Sequence record: LC768462.1
Reading direction: 5' to 3' (one strand)
Length of the DNA stretch: 64,000 nucleotides
From: Escherichia phage phiEc_1
The notes below the pieces were generated by a model. That model had not been told where the DNA came from and did no database searches. It saw only the letters and a list, made by a program, of their open reading frames with translations. Shown here piece after piece: positions 1 through 10,258 of this stretch (position 1 is the stretch's first letter; each line of letters starts with the position of its first letter). The position numbers and the translations under genes were made by a program.

Positions 1-180
1 GCACCAGCAGCATCTCCAGCCCCTGTCCCACCATTAGCAATAGGTACATTATCCAGAGTAGAAACACTTCCCAACCCTAGATTAGAACGAGCACCAGCAG
101 CATCTCCAGCCCCTGTCCCACCATTAGCAATAGGTACATTATCCAGAGTAGAAACACTTCCCAACCCTAGATTAGAACGA
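1..180. repeat. perfect tandem duplication (2 x 90 bp) inside tail fiber gene; diverged copies at ~181-215 and ~450-500
   Basis: bases 1-90 identical to 91-180; encodes repeated 30-aa fibre-repeat unit. Confidence 0.85.
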
Positions 181-1967
181 GCACTAGCAGCATTTTTAGC
201 TCCAGTGCCTCCTCTTTCAACACCTAGAGCCAAATCGCCAACTCTTCCAGGCGAGGTACTGTAACATCCCCACCCATTATTATCCACAAAGAGGTAGGTT
301 TCTTTGTTAGGAGATAGTAATCTACTCTCCCCAGAGGCTTGATCAACTCTATCTATAGATAAATTGGAACGAGCAGCATCAACAGTAGTTGCCCCTGTAC
401 CACCATTAGCTATAGGAATTGTGTTGAGTGTAGCTATGGAGCTTAGACCTAGATTAGAACGAGCACTAGCAGCGTCTTTAGCTCCAGTGCCTCCTTGTGT
501 GACAGACAGTGCTGTAGTGAGTCCCGTGAGGGATGTTATATCAGAGTTTGTACCAGAAGCGGCAGCACCTAAAATTGATCTGGAGATGTTCACATTACCA
601 GTAATCTCATCAGGAGCTTGGTTATTTACAGTAACAACATAAGGTTTCTGAGCCTGTACAGACCCATTGTACTGAGAGTCTTTATCAGAATCTGGTGCTC
701 TTATTGCCTCCCCTCCAGTCCAATCAGGAAGTCGAATGTTGATAAAATTAGTAGAATCTGCATCGGTAATACCATCTGCCAATTTACCCCAAGAGAAGTA
801 TTGTTTAGCCCCTGCTTGCCATTCAGTTTCAGAAACAACAGGAAGTTGTCCACTGACAAGGGATGGGCCTAAATCTGAAGCAGACTCTTTAGACACTAGA
901 CGACCATCGGCTGGAAGAACGCCCGGATAGGAGATATTCTTTGTTGGGTCATAAGGGAACATTACCATCTCACCAAGATATAGAGAAGGGTTTCCTGTTG
1001 GAATGGTAATGTCAATATTACCACTGGAGTCTGGAGAACGGGAATTAACAGTAAGAATTCTACCTTCAGTTTTAACAGGAGTTAATGTTTTGTTAGCAGC
1101 AACAGTATAAAATTCATACTTAGTAGCTTCCCAAACTAAGACCTTCTCACCAACTTGGCGATACTGAGCGTCAGCATCAGCTTCTGCTTTAGATTGATAT
1201 GTCTTGGTGGTTTTATCAAACTTGTCATTAATCTCTTGACGACTGTACTGAGCAACGTTCAGAACATTTCCTAAACCTACCGTCTCTTTGTTAAGCGTTA
1301 GAGCAACCTCTCCATCAAGAGCTGGACCGCCGTTAATAGAGACAGAACGGACAGATGGGATTAAATTAGCAATATTCTCTAGAGTGGTTTTGTGGACGGT
1401 ATTGTCATCTTTGTCAACATAGAAACCCAAGTCACCTAGCTCTGGAACACCGGTAGGTGCTGTATCCAAATCCTTAACAGAACCATCTTTTCCGGGATCG
1501 CCTTCTGGAATACCTAAAGATATTACACCAGTGTTAGGATTAAAAGAACCAGTAGCCGGAGTTCCTGGAGGAAGCGTAGTCACATTAACGGACATTCCCA
1601 ACAGAACATCAAGCTGATTCTGGACCTCAATGAGCTTCTGATTAATGAGAGCAACAGCATTGTTAGCATCAGAGACTGCTGCATTAGTCTGAGCAATCAA
1701 GCTCATCAGACGAGCATCTTGATCTTTAAAATCCTGCTTAAGATCTTCGATATCCTGCTTCATCAGAACACCTTGTTGATACAGACGTTCTACTTCAGCG
1801 ATCAAATCATCAATTGTACCAAACTTAGATTCTGCTAACAGTGCCCAATATTTGGAATCAGCTGCATATTCTGCTGCTTGCTTGTAAGCTCCGATAGAGC
1901 CTTCAGTAGCACCAAACTGCCCAACGTTATTCACTGCATCAGGTGCTTGGTTATTATAAACGATCAT
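1..1967 (-). CDS. tail fiber protein (partial; runs off window start)
   Basis: ATG at 1967 on minus strand preceded by AAGGAG; N-terminal side-tail-fiber-like region, collagen-like GDPGKDG, repeated GGTGA..AAxARSNLGL fibre-repeat motifs; no stop before window edge. Confidence 0.75.
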   Translation of the reverse strand, partial: MIVYNNQAPDAVNNVGQFGATEGSIGAYKQAAEYAADSKYWALLAESKFGTIDDLIAEVERLYQQGVLMKQDIEDLKQDFKDQDARLMSLIAQTNAAVSDANNAVALINQKLIEVQNQLDVLLGMSVNVTTLPPGTPATGSFNPNTGVISLGIPEGDPGKDGSVKDLDTAPTGVPELGDLGFYVDKDDNTVHKTTLENIANLIPSVRSVSINGGPALDGEVALTLNKETVGLGNVLNVAQYSRQEINDKFDKTTKTYQSKAEADADAQYRQVGEKVLVWEATKYEFYTVAANKTLTPVKTEGRILTVNSRSPDSSGNIDITIPTGNPSLYLGEMVMFPYDPTKNISYPGVLPADGRLVSKESASDLGPSLVSGQLPVVSETEWQAGAKQYFSWGKLADGITDADSTNFINIRLPDWTGGEAIRAPDSDKDSQYNGSVQAQKPYVVTVNNQAPDEITGNVNISRSILGAAASGTNSDITSLTGLTTALSVTQGGTGAKDAASARSNLGLSSIATLNTIPIANGGTGATTVDAARSNLSIDRVDQASGESRLLSPNKETYLFVDNNGWGCYSTSPGRVGDLALGVERGGTGAKNAASARSNLGLGSVSTLDNVPIANGGTGAGDAAGARSNLGLGSVSTLDNVPIANGGTGAGDAAG

Positions 1968-1976
1968 ATTATCTCC

Positions 1977-2729
1977 TTATACACGAGAAGTGCGAATACC
2001 ATAAATATCAGGCAAGCTGCTCTGAAGTCGAGTCATGTTATTCGGAATTGCGATAGGTGAACCTGAGTACTCTTGTTTCTTATTCTGTTCTACCATTTCA
2101 TCAAGGATAGCTTTCCCTAATGCTGACCATTTCTGAACACCATTATCATCTTGAACAAAGAGACAAGCATGACGTAGGGTGAAGTACAGAAGAAGTTCTG
2201 GTGCTATAGTAAGAATAGTACTAGTATCTGTATCTTCATGGAATTCCGGTGGGTCTGCATAATAGCTAAGAATCACTGAGTTTTCTGCTGGAATCAAAGG
2301 GCTTCCATCATCAGGGTAGTACGGAGTATCTGCTTCGATGCTAGGGTAGAAAATGAAACGACTACCGAAACGAGCAAAGTTGACAGGTTGGTTATTCCAG
2401 TGAGATGGGTTAATTGTTCCATGCTGTCTACGATAGCTAATCTCTTCAGGAGAGGTTACTTGGAAGATTGTGCCATCTTTGGCTCTCATCATCCATTGAG
2501 CTTCTAAGTAATCAGGAGGAATGTAAGCTACTCCATCTTTAATATCTAAATACACTTCTTTTTCCAGAGGAGGAATACGTAAGTTACGATAAATCTCTTT
2601 CTCTGCAAAGTTAATAAAGTTTGGAATTTGATTAACAAATTCGTCATCGTCCCTATCTGCCCAGAGGGCCACGGCCTTCTTTAGCCACCCATAGGTATTG
2701 ATGGGGTATTGAACATCTGGCATTGCCAT
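1977..2729 (-). CDS. virion-associated protein, function unknown
   Basis: 250-aa ORF with AAGGAGG SD, between capsid and tail fiber genes; no recognisable motif. Confidence 0.55.
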   Translation of the reverse strand: MAMPDVQYPINTYGWLKKAVALWADRDDDEFVNQIPNFINFAEKEIYRNLRIPPLEKEVYLDIKDGVAYIPPDYLEAQWMMRAKDGTIFQVTSPEEISYRRQHGTINPSHWNNQPVNFARFGSRFIFYPSIEADTPYYPDDGSPLIPAENSVILSYYADPPEFHEDTDTSTILTIAPELLLYFTLRHACLFVQDDNGVQKWSALGKAILDEMVEQNKKQEYSGSPIAIPNNMTRLQSSLPDIYGIRTSRV

Positions 2730-2762
2730 AGGTTGTCCTCCTTGTTATATGTAGACAAAGAA

Positions 2763-2771
2763 TATACATTA
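2763..2771 (-). promoter_or_regulatory. TAATGTATA motif (candidate phage-specific promoter element)
   Basis: exact 9-mer on minus strand 33 nt upstream of ATG at 2729, downstream of a terminator. Confidence 0.4.
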
Positions 2772-2799
2772 CACACTGGCTTGTATAGGTCTTAAAACG

Positions 2800-2823
2800 A
2801 AAAAACCCCGCCCGAAGGCAGGG
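2800..2823 (-). terminator. intrinsic terminator after capsid/Ig-like ORF
   Basis: minus-strand hairpin CCCUGCC-UUCG-GGCGGGG followed by U6. Confidence 0.6.
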
Positions 2824-2830
2824 TCTAGTT

Positions 2831-3343
2831 TTAAGCAGGTGTTACACCAGTAAAAGTGCATGTTGCATTGATGGATGGGTCAGCTGTCAAACTTGCTTGA
2901 ACAGTAACTTCGCCACTTGCAGCAGCATCTAAGGTTAACGCACCAGCGGCGCTTACTGTACCAGCTTCTGTAGGGGTTACAACAAACGTGTAATCCGCAG
3001 CAGTAGAATTAGTTACAGTAAACATGGTAGTGAAGTTAGTGGAAGAACCACCAGTTTTACCCGTAATTGGACCCTTAGCTACAATAGTAGGAGCAGGAGC
3101 AACAATTTCAGAAATGGTTGCTGTACCAGAAACACCTTCTAAAGTTGCAGTAATGGATACATCAGTGGATTGAGACGCACTCGGAGCAGTATACAAACCA
3201 GACTGAGTGATAGAACCACCTCCTGTCACTGACCAAGTAAAGCCAGTTGTTTCGGTAGAACCATCACTTTTCTCCGCGCTTGCAGTGAACTGCCGAGTAG
3301 CCCCTGTCTCTAGACTTGCTAAAGACGCAGGGCTAACAGTCAC
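2831..3343 (-). CDS. Ig-like (Big_2-type) domain, probably a C-terminal extension of the capsid protein via -1 frameshift
   Basis: S/T-rich Ig-like sequence (FTWSVTGGGSITQSGLYTAPS...TATI); frame open upstream into capsid 3' end; no SD before GTG 3343. Confidence 0.6.
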   Translation of the reverse strand: MTVSPASLASLETGATRQFTASAEKSDGSTETTGFTWSVTGGGSITQSGLYTAPSASQSTDVSITATLEGVSGTATISEIVAPAPTIVAKGPITGKTGGSSTNFTTMFTVTNSTAADYTFVVTPTEAGTVSAAGALTLDAAASGEVTVQASLTADPSINATCTFTGVTPA

Positions 3344-3354
3344 ACTGTCTACTG

Positions 3355-4413
3355 TTACGCCGCCACCTTTCCCGCGGCAGTGAACAGAACGCCGGAAGCG
3401 TACGGGTTGCGGTGACGCAGACCAACTTCCATTTCAATCATCCACTTCTCGTAAGAACCGTCTTTAGCCAGTTCAGTGCGTTTCGGAGCACGCAGAACCA
3501 TCTGAGTCCAGTCAGCGCTACGGAAGAAGTAAACTGCATCGGTAGGCATCCAACGGTTAACGATGATTTTGTAGCTCTGGCCCAGCGGGTCAGTGATGCT
3601 GTTAACTTCGTAGATGAACTGCTTGGTGTTCTCAAAGATACGCTTACGTGAACCCTGAGTATTTTCTTGCAGACCAGCGAAGATCTTAGCATGAGCCGGG
3701 TTAATCATGATGATATCTGCTTCAGAACCAGCGGTATACAGTTGCAGAGTCATATCAAAGATATCAGCTTCGTCAAAACCAATGTTAGTGGTCGGGTTAG
3801 AAGCATTCTGTGCAACTTTAACAGTTACTGCACCAGTATCCGGGTCAGCAGGACCATTCTTGGTCTTGTCAACAACGCCACCAGCAAGACCACCGTGAGC
3901 ACACAGGAACTGGAATGCACCAGTCTTACGAGCTGCATGAGTGTCGTTCAGACCAACAGTTGCAGGATCAGTTGCAGAGTTAGTCAGGTACTGATCAGCC
4001 AGAACGTCGGTACGAGCCTGACCGGACAGAAGGATTTTCTCGAGGTCACGCTTGATCTCTTTACCTTTCTTCTCCAGCTGATACATCAGTTCACGACCAC
4101 GACCGTAGTTAGCGGTGGTGTTAGCAGTATCAGAAACACGAACAACCTTACGCAGAATCTGAGTAACGTTAGATTTGATAATAGTCGGTTTCATTTCGCC
4201 GTCTTCAGCACGAGAGCCTTCGACGTGTGCGTTATTACCGTCAACGCTTGCCAGTGCATCGGTCTGCCAGCTAAAGATAGTCTGGTTGATAGACTCTTTA
4301 CCGGTCATAGATACGAACGGGGTATCCTGAGGGGACAGAACAGAAATCCAGTTAGCAAAAGAAAGTTTTTTACCATTCTGGTCATACGATACAAATAAAG
4401 TTGGATTAGCCAT
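3355..4413 (-). CDS. major capsid protein
   Basis: 352-aa ORF directly downstream of scaffold gene; strong SD; position and size typical. Confidence 0.8.
   Translation of the reverse strand: MANPTLFVSYDQNGKKLSFANWISVLSPQDTPFVSMTGKESINQTIFSWQTDALASVDGNNAHVEGSRAEDGEMKPTIIKSNVTQILRKVVRVSDTANTTANYGRGRELMYQLEKKGKEIKRDLEKILLSGQARTDVLADQYLTNSATDPATVGLNDTHAARKTGAFQFLCAHGGLAGGVVDKTKNGPADPDTGAVTVKVAQNASNPTTNIGFDEADIFDMTLQLYTAGSEADIIMINPAHAKIFAGLQENTQGSRKRIFENTKQFIYEVNSITDPLGQSYKIIVNRWMPTDAVYFFRSADWTQMVLRAPKRTELAKDGSYEKWMIEMEVGLRHRNPYASGVLFTAAGKVAA
3367..3373 (-). other. candidate -1 slippery heptamer G_GGA_AAG
   Basis: X_XXY_YYZ heptamer in capsid frame 6 codons before its stop; -1 frame continues into Ig-like ORF. 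Confidence 0.45.
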
Positions 4414-4454
4414 GTTATGTTAGCTCCTATACTATTAATAATTTAATTTGTCGA

Positions 4455-5531
4455 TTAATCTACGAGGAATTTGAATGCGTCTTCGTGACTAACGCGACCC
4501 TCTGCGAATGCCTTGGCAACCTTAGCGTTGTCGGGCTTATTGGAAGTGCGAGACTTTGCAGCATCAGACTTCACAACCTTGCGTGGAGCACCGGGACGTT
4601 TAATCTTAGCCATCACCTGTTGCTTACCTTTATCAAATTGGTATGCTTTGTGGAGAGCTAGGAAAATAGACGGACGGTTTTCCTTCAATACTTCTTCTTC
4701 AGTAGCACCTAAGTCAATTGCGTATTGCATTAAGTTTTGATATAAGTTTTCATCCCAATTTGGAATCTCACGTTTCAGAATATTAACACATTCAATACTC
4801 TTGGCTTGGAAAGCTTCCTGCTCTTTAGCTGCTGCTTCCTGCTTAATACGGACCTGAGCCTGTTCAAGCTGTTGACGGCGAGCTGTGTACTTCTCTAGGA
4901 AACGTTTGTTTTCAACATATGCTTGAGGATCTTCTACTGCAAGCTTGTCCCAATCAAAACCGTTATAATCTTCAATTACTCGGTCTGCTTCTAAAGACGC
5001 TAGTTCTAATACATCCTTCAAACCTACTACACGTTCCTCGAATGCTTCCATATGACGCTGAAGAGTTGATTCTCGTTCTGTCATATCAGCACCAGTAAGA
5101 TAGCCATTAGAAAGTTCTTCAATAGTCATCTCACGTCCATCAGGAAGGGTGATAACGGTTTCGTAGTCTACATCAAAGACTTCACCTTCACCGTCAGCAG
5201 AATCATCTTCATACTCTGCATCGCTTGAATCTTCTTCCTCTTGTTCTTCTGCTTCAGAGGATTCGTCTTCATCTTCTTCGACTTCGCCTTCCTCTTCACG
5301 ATCTTCCCAACCATCTTCATCTTCGAACTTAAGCTCATCGCTTTCACCGAGAAGGTCGGTATCAAAGTCGAAATCGTCACCGTCTTTTTCCGGGAACTCA
5401 TCGTCAATGTCCACTTCTGGTTCTTGTTCAGATTCTAATCGACCGAGTTCTTCTTTGAAAGAACCTTTCAGGTCATCCAGTTGGAGGAAAGATTTAAAAT
5501 CGTTCGGGTCAATATAATTATCTTGTGGCAT
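4455..5531 (-). CDS. scaffolding protein
   Basis: very acidic, coiled-coil rich, between portal and capsid genes. Confidence 0.65.
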   Translation of the reverse strand: MPQDNYIDPNDFKSFLQLDDLKGSFKEELGRLESEQEPEVDIDDEFPEKDGDDFDFDTDLLGESDELKFEDEDGWEDREEEGEVEEDEDESSEAEEQEEEDSSDAEYEDDSADGEGEVFDVDYETVITLPDGREMTIEELSNGYLTGADMTERESTLQRHMEAFEERVVGLKDVLELASLEADRVIEDYNGFDWDKLAVEDPQAYVENKRFLEKYTARRQQLEQAQVRIKQEAAAKEQEAFQAKSIECVNILKREIPNWDENLYQNLMQYAIDLGATEEEVLKENRPSIFLALHKAYQFDKGKQQVMAKIKRPGAPRKVVKSDAAKSRTSNKPDNAKVAKAFAEGRVSHEDAFKFLVD

Positions 5532-5767
5532 TATGAAACATCTCCTGCACTATTGATAGCAGCTTTTATGACCTCTTTTAAGCTACCAACCATTTTATAC
5601 TTTTGATAACAATCTTCGCGTTTCTTATTCTCATGAGGTTCTGTTTGAACTATCTCTGTCATGAGTCTTTCTTTCAATGCCTCTAATGCTGCGTCAAGAC
5701 TGCCGTTAAGGTTGAGAGCCGCCAAAGCGGCGGCGTGCTCTTTATTAAATTGATGTCTAATGTTCAT
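5531..5767 (-). CDS. hypothetical protein
   Basis: 78-aa ORF between portal and scaffold genes. Confidence 0.45.
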   Translation of the reverse strand: MNIRHQFNKEHAAALAALNLNGSLDAALEALKERLMTEIVQTEPHENKKREDCYQKYKMVGSLKEVIKAAINSAGDVS

Positions 5768-5776
5768 TCGACGTCC

Positions 5777-8020
5777 TTAGTTTTTACTTCCAAGACGTTT
5801 GCCTGGAATCCGTGAATCTTTGAGAGAAGCTTGTTGCTCTTTCTTAGTTACATTAGCTTCTTTCTTTTGGAGTTCCAAAGTTTTATCCTGAACACGAGCT
5901 TGCTGAACAATCTTCTCTTGGTCTACCTGATGAGACATAACCATCTGCAATTCTTTCAGTACAGATTCATACTGACGGACCTGCTGTTGCATAAGAGCTA
6001 ACTTGTGCTTAGCTTGTTCCAGAGTAGCATTGTTATCTTCTTTACGGTTTTCCAGAGTCATTGCATCTGCTGCATTTTCTTGCTTGAACTGCAACTCTTC
6101 CTGACGCAGACTTAATTCATCCGCAGCTTTCTGCTGTTCGAATGTAGTACGTTCACGTTGGTCGAATGCATCAGCAATCATCTTCTGAGAAGAAGCCTGT
6201 ACGTTCTCAACCTGTGCTTTAGTCATCTCGAGCTGGAGGATTTCCATCGGAGAAGGTTCTGGAGGCTGATACTGTTCCAGAGGCAGAAGGTATTTATGTG
6301 TGTCCTTAATGCCCATCAACTCAAAGATCTGTGCAGTCATGTAACGATCTTGCTCCAAACCAAAGAGAGGCGCTAACTGTGCATCTGCTGCAATCAGCTG
6401 TTTCAAGCTAATCAGTTTCTGTGCACGTTCTGCTTTCTCATTAGGAGAGATAGCTACAACAACTTGAAGATTGTGACGAGCTGGCAGTTGTTTTGGATTT
6501 ACCTGAATCATACCACGAGGGGTTTGTACCTCGATAGGAACTTCACCATTTTCTCTGATAAGGTTGTAAATACCACGCATCAATTCAACCATACCGTTGT
6601 GAGCAATGTTACGACATACCATACGGAGGCGGTTCTGTGCAGCATTCATCATCAAGCCTACAGTTGCATAAGCGTTATCATTCTTAAACACATCAGGGTT
6701 GATACCCATGCCTAGTTTGGTTACACCTGTACGTGTCTCTTTAAGCTCCTCAGACATGCCTAGGAGGCCGTCAATACCTTGAGGTAGGTTATGGTATGGG
6801 AACAGGTCAATAGCGTCCTGACGTTCCATTTCAACCACTCCACCGGGACGGTTATCAAGCAGAGAGCGACGGTCGTATGCACCAACAAGAGCTTTGTATC
6901 GACCATAGTTAGCATTGTTGACGTTATCAATATAACCACGAACTAACGCGGTACGTAAATCTTGAATATCTTTCGTAATGTCATAGACCGATTGACCATA
7001 GAAGGAGCCTGGAATCGGATACGGACAGAAGGTTACAAACGGAATGTGAGTTACTTCTTCAGTGTGAAGGATATGCTCACCAGCTTGAATAACCTGATAG
7101 AGTTTAGACTCTTTATTCTTATCTAGAACACCAGTACGAATGTAGTGCTCGTAAACCCAAACCATAGAAGCAATATCTTCGGTATCTGTACCAATATCAG
7201 CATCAATATCCTGACGCCAGTCAGTACGAGACCAAGCAACTGTAGATTGAGTAGTATCCATCGTGTCTGTCCAGTCGTTGAATGCTTCAATCTCGTCTTT
7301 AGGGAAGCCCATAGCAACCAGATCTTCTTTAGAACGACGAACACGATGACAGAAGTATTGTGCATCTGCAAAAGAGGTAGCATGTTCGTCAACAAAGATT
7401 TGCTCTGAAGGGACATATTCAACTTTCACACGTTTAACAGTTTGTTCGTAAGTAACTTTAACATCCACTGTACCATCTTCATTTTCTTCAGTGAAGATTT
7501 CCAGATTCTTGAGTCCACCAGCTTCTAATCCCTGAACATATGCAGCCAATGCTTCCGGTGGTACACCTTCAGCTTCTTCAGTTTGAGTAGAAGTTTGTTC
7601 ATCCCAATAATACTTGATAAAAGAGTTACGAGTAACTAGACATTCTTGTGCAGCAGAAGAGATAATATTGTATCCCGGATTATCACGCAGAAGAATTTGG
7701 TTAACTAGTTTAGTTGCTACATCAGCAGCATCAGAATCCTGTTGGTTGTCAGCTACGAAAGTAACTGCTTCATCACCAGAACAGAATACGTTAATAATAT
7801 CTTGCAATGTACCGTTAACAGATTCCCAAACAGTACGATCTACCCAACTAGAGCTGCCAGCAGTTACTGGTGCAGGTAAGTTACCATAGAAATATTCCCA
7901 AGCTTCACGAGCATAGCCCTTAACAGCCATGTCCACGTAACCTTGAGCGTAATTAAAACGACGTTGAAGGTCAACACGTAACTCGTCCAACACCTCTTCA
8001 CTATATTTTTGCTTAGCCAT
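5777..8020 (-). CDS. portal protein
   Basis: 747-aa ORF immediately downstream of terminase large subunit; C-terminal coiled coil. Confidence 0.7.
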   Translation of the reverse strand: MAKQKYSEEVLDELRVDLQRRFNYAQGYVDMAVKGYAREAWEYFYGNLPAPVTAGSSSWVDRTVWESVNGTLQDIINVFCSGDEAVTFVADNQQDSDAADVATKLVNQILLRDNPGYNIISSAAQECLVTRNSFIKYYWDEQTSTQTEEAEGVPPEALAAYVQGLEAGGLKNLEIFTEENEDGTVDVKVTYEQTVKRVKVEYVPSEQIFVDEHATSFADAQYFCHRVRRSKEDLVAMGFPKDEIEAFNDWTDTMDTTQSTVAWSRTDWRQDIDADIGTDTEDIASMVWVYEHYIRTGVLDKNKESKLYQVIQAGEHILHTEEVTHIPFVTFCPYPIPGSFYGQSVYDITKDIQDLRTALVRGYIDNVNNANYGRYKALVGAYDRRSLLDNRPGGVVEMERQDAIDLFPYHNLPQGIDGLLGMSEELKETRTGVTKLGMGINPDVFKNDNAYATVGLMMNAAQNRLRMVCRNIAHNGMVELMRGIYNLIRENGEVPIEVQTPRGMIQVNPKQLPARHNLQVVVAISPNEKAERAQKLISLKQLIAADAQLAPLFGLEQDRYMTAQIFELMGIKDTHKYLLPLEQYQPPEPSPMEILQLEMTKAQVENVQASSQKMIADAFDQRERTTFEQQKAADELSLRQEELQFKQENAADAMTLENRKEDNNATLEQAKHKLALMQQQVRQYESVLKELQMVMSHQVDQEKIVQQARVQDKTLELQKKEANVTKKEQQASLKDSRIPGKRLGSKN

Positions 8021-8044
8021 CGATTCTCTCCCTCGGTTGATAGC

Positions 8045-8076
8045 TTAAATAAAAGAAGGGAGGACAAACCTCCCCC
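8045..8076 (-). terminator. hairpin plus U-run after terminase gene
   Basis: GGGAGG/CCTCCC stem followed by U-rich run on minus strand. Confidence 0.45.
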
Positions 8077-8081
8077 TTACT

Positions 8082-9623
8082 TTAGTAACTCTGATTCCAT
8101 CTGCTTACGTTTGCCTCATACAGAGAAGCACTTCCGTAGCTAACGTCATGCTTAGAGCGACCACGATGTGTAACAGAGCACGCTGAATAGCGCATTGCAT
8201 CCATTAAGTCATCATGTTCTTTAATAATCTTACCAACCTTACGGTGATATCTAGCTTTCTCTTCGAATAGCTTAGCGTTAGCGGCTGTGTTAAAGATTTT
8301 AAAGCGTCCACTCATCATTCTTTCTCGGATATCTGTGATTCCCGGTTCTACAAAGAAGTTCTTTTTACCATCCATTCCAATTTTGTTGTAGAAGGTCTCA
8401 CTCTGTACGTTAACTCCTGCATTCTTATAGAATTGAGCAACAGATGAACCACTACCTTTCTCAATATTGTCCGCATCATGCGGTAGGATGACAGGAATCC
8501 ACTGACCACGACCATTAATAGCTGGAGCATGATACACTGGAGTAAAGCCACCTTCTTTATACGAGTCGTAAACATAGATAGTATCAGTGTTTGCATCGTA
8601 AGCTGTCCAAACAGCAGCAGTTGGGTGATCAATACCAATATCAATTGCACAGACACGTTTCCACGTATCAGGAATTTCGAATGGTTCACATTTAATTGTG
8701 TCATCCGATACATCATATATCAAACCACTTCCTAACAATGGCATACCTTTCGAACGCATCTCTAACTGCCACGCTGGAATACCTTCAGTCATATCTTTTA
8801 TATCTTGGTCAGTGATGTGTCCACCTAGGTCTGCATGAGCATCCCACCAAGAAGCATTCTGGAAATATAGAGAACCTGTGTTCTCATCCCCTTCACCTTT
8901 CATAAATTTATCTACCAGTTCAGTTAAACCGTTCTCTGGTGTAGCTGTAATTGTAACTAGACCTTTAGTTGTGAGTGTACGTGTGACGCACTGTGCGAAT
9001 ATAGCCATAGACTCGTATGGATCTTCTTCGTCTAACCAAATGTAGTCAACTGTTGCACCCATCAATGTGTGTTCACCCTGTTGGGTTGAACGGAATTCTA
9101 ATGTACTTAAACCGTCAAACTCTCCTCTTTCGTTTTGATGTTTGATTTGTACGATTTGAAGTTTGTTACCATCTCGTTCTATCGTGTCAATGACGATAGC
9201 ATCACGAGGAATGACACCTGTCCCTAATAAATTTGTATCCTTTCCGATAGGTGTACCAAACAACTCCTTTTGCAATACTTTCCTTGTGGAATCCCCTGTA
9301 ATACCAACTGCCCATGCTAAGATAGGTCTTTTAAATTTATACCCTGTCCACCAAGTTGGGTAGCGACCTGTGACATGACAAGCAAACTCGTATGCCTCGC
9401 TATAAGATTTACCAACACGGTTCGCTGCACACAAGAATCTAAAGCGATGCTTCAATCCTGCTGCATAAAATTTCTTTTGGAAGTCATACGCCTTGAAAGA
9501 CAAAATCCTATTATACTTCCTCCATTGGTCACGCTCTTTCAACATATTCAATAGTGCTTTCTTTTCATCTACACTAAGATTGTTACCAGTTAGAGCTTCA
9601 TAAATTTGTTTATCTAATGACAT
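8082..9623 (-). CDS. terminase large subunit
   Basis: 513 aa; Walker A-like CAANRVGKS; size and position upstream of portal. Confidence 0.85.
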   Translation of the reverse strand: MSLDKQIYEALTGNNLSVDEKKALLNMLKERDQWRKYNRILSFKAYDFQKKFYAAGLKHRFRFLCAANRVGKSYSEAYEFACHVTGRYPTWWTGYKFKRPILAWAVGITGDSTRKVLQKELFGTPIGKDTNLLGTGVIPRDAIVIDTIERDGNKLQIVQIKHQNERGEFDGLSTLEFRSTQQGEHTLMGATVDYIWLDEEDPYESMAIFAQCVTRTLTTKGLVTITATPENGLTELVDKFMKGEGDENTGSLYFQNASWWDAHADLGGHITDQDIKDMTEGIPAWQLEMRSKGMPLLGSGLIYDVSDDTIKCEPFEIPDTWKRVCAIDIGIDHPTAAVWTAYDANTDTIYVYDSYKEGGFTPVYHAPAINGRGQWIPVILPHDADNIEKGSGSSVAQFYKNAGVNVQSETFYNKIGMDGKKNFFVEPGITDIRERMMSGRFKIFNTAANAKLFEEKARYHRKVGKIIKEHDDLMDAMRYSACSVTHRGRSKHDVSYGSASLYEANVSRWNQSY

Positions 9624-9784
9624 ACTTCCTCCAGTTTAAAAATAGAAAAGGGAAAGTCCCTTCGTCAAAGAACCTCCCCTCTCCACTACAAGGGTACACT
9701 GCAAAAGAACATCGTGGCAATAAAAATATAACAATCCTCAGATTGCTAATCAGATGATCTTCGACAGCTCCCTGTTTCCTTTAA

Positions 9785-10258
9785 TTAACTCTCGTCCGCT
9801 TCCTCCCCCTTTTCAGCGTCCTCAGAGTCGTCTTCTTCTGGAGGCATAACGTCGATACCAAGTGCTCCAGTCAAGAAGTCCTTGATTTGTGCATTCAATG
9901 ATTCTTCGTTGATTACATTCTCTTCCTCAATCTTAACTTCAACAGAGGCCGCCTTAGGATATACCAGATCTGCAACTTTTGATGCAGCCTTGAATCTAAG
10001 ATCAGGTGGAATATTAGGATCTTCGTAAATTTGAATTAACACTTCATCAGGAGACAAATGACTTGCAGCAACACGGTCCAACATTAATTGTGTCAGTTTA
10101 CCTCTACTACCTCTGGGTCGTCCGAATTTATTTCCCTTTTGAAACTTCCCATTGCTTGGGTTCATACCGCGGCTTTCGAGTTCTTCCGTTACTCCGGGTA
10201 ATCTTCCTGTAATCTCAGCTACCTGTGCAGGCGTGAGTTCTCCGTTTTCTCCAAACAT
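9785..10258 (-). CDS. putative terminase small subunit / DNA-binding protein
   Basis: 157 aa, basic GRPRGSRGK segment and acidic tail; immediately upstream of large terminase. Confidence 0.45.
   Translation of the reverse strand: MFGENGELTPAQVAEITGRLPGVTEELESRGMNPSNGKFQKGNKFGRPRGSRGKLTQLMLDRVAASHLSPDEVLIQIYEDPNIPPDLRFKAASKVADLVYPKAASVEVKIEEENVINEESLNAQIKDFLTGALGIDVMPPEEDDSEDAEKGEEADES

Noticed and set aside
3412-4398. Plus-strand ORFs 3412-3651, 3667-4398 (243 aa) and 3707-3898 overlapping the capsid gene
   Set aside because: Antisense shadow ORFs inside a well-supported minus-strand capsid gene; no SD and low-complexity composition.
5168-5438. ORFs 5168-5407 (minus) and 5241-5438 (plus) inside the scaffold gene
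   Set aside because: Low-complexity K/F-rich translations of alternative frames of the acidic scaffold region.
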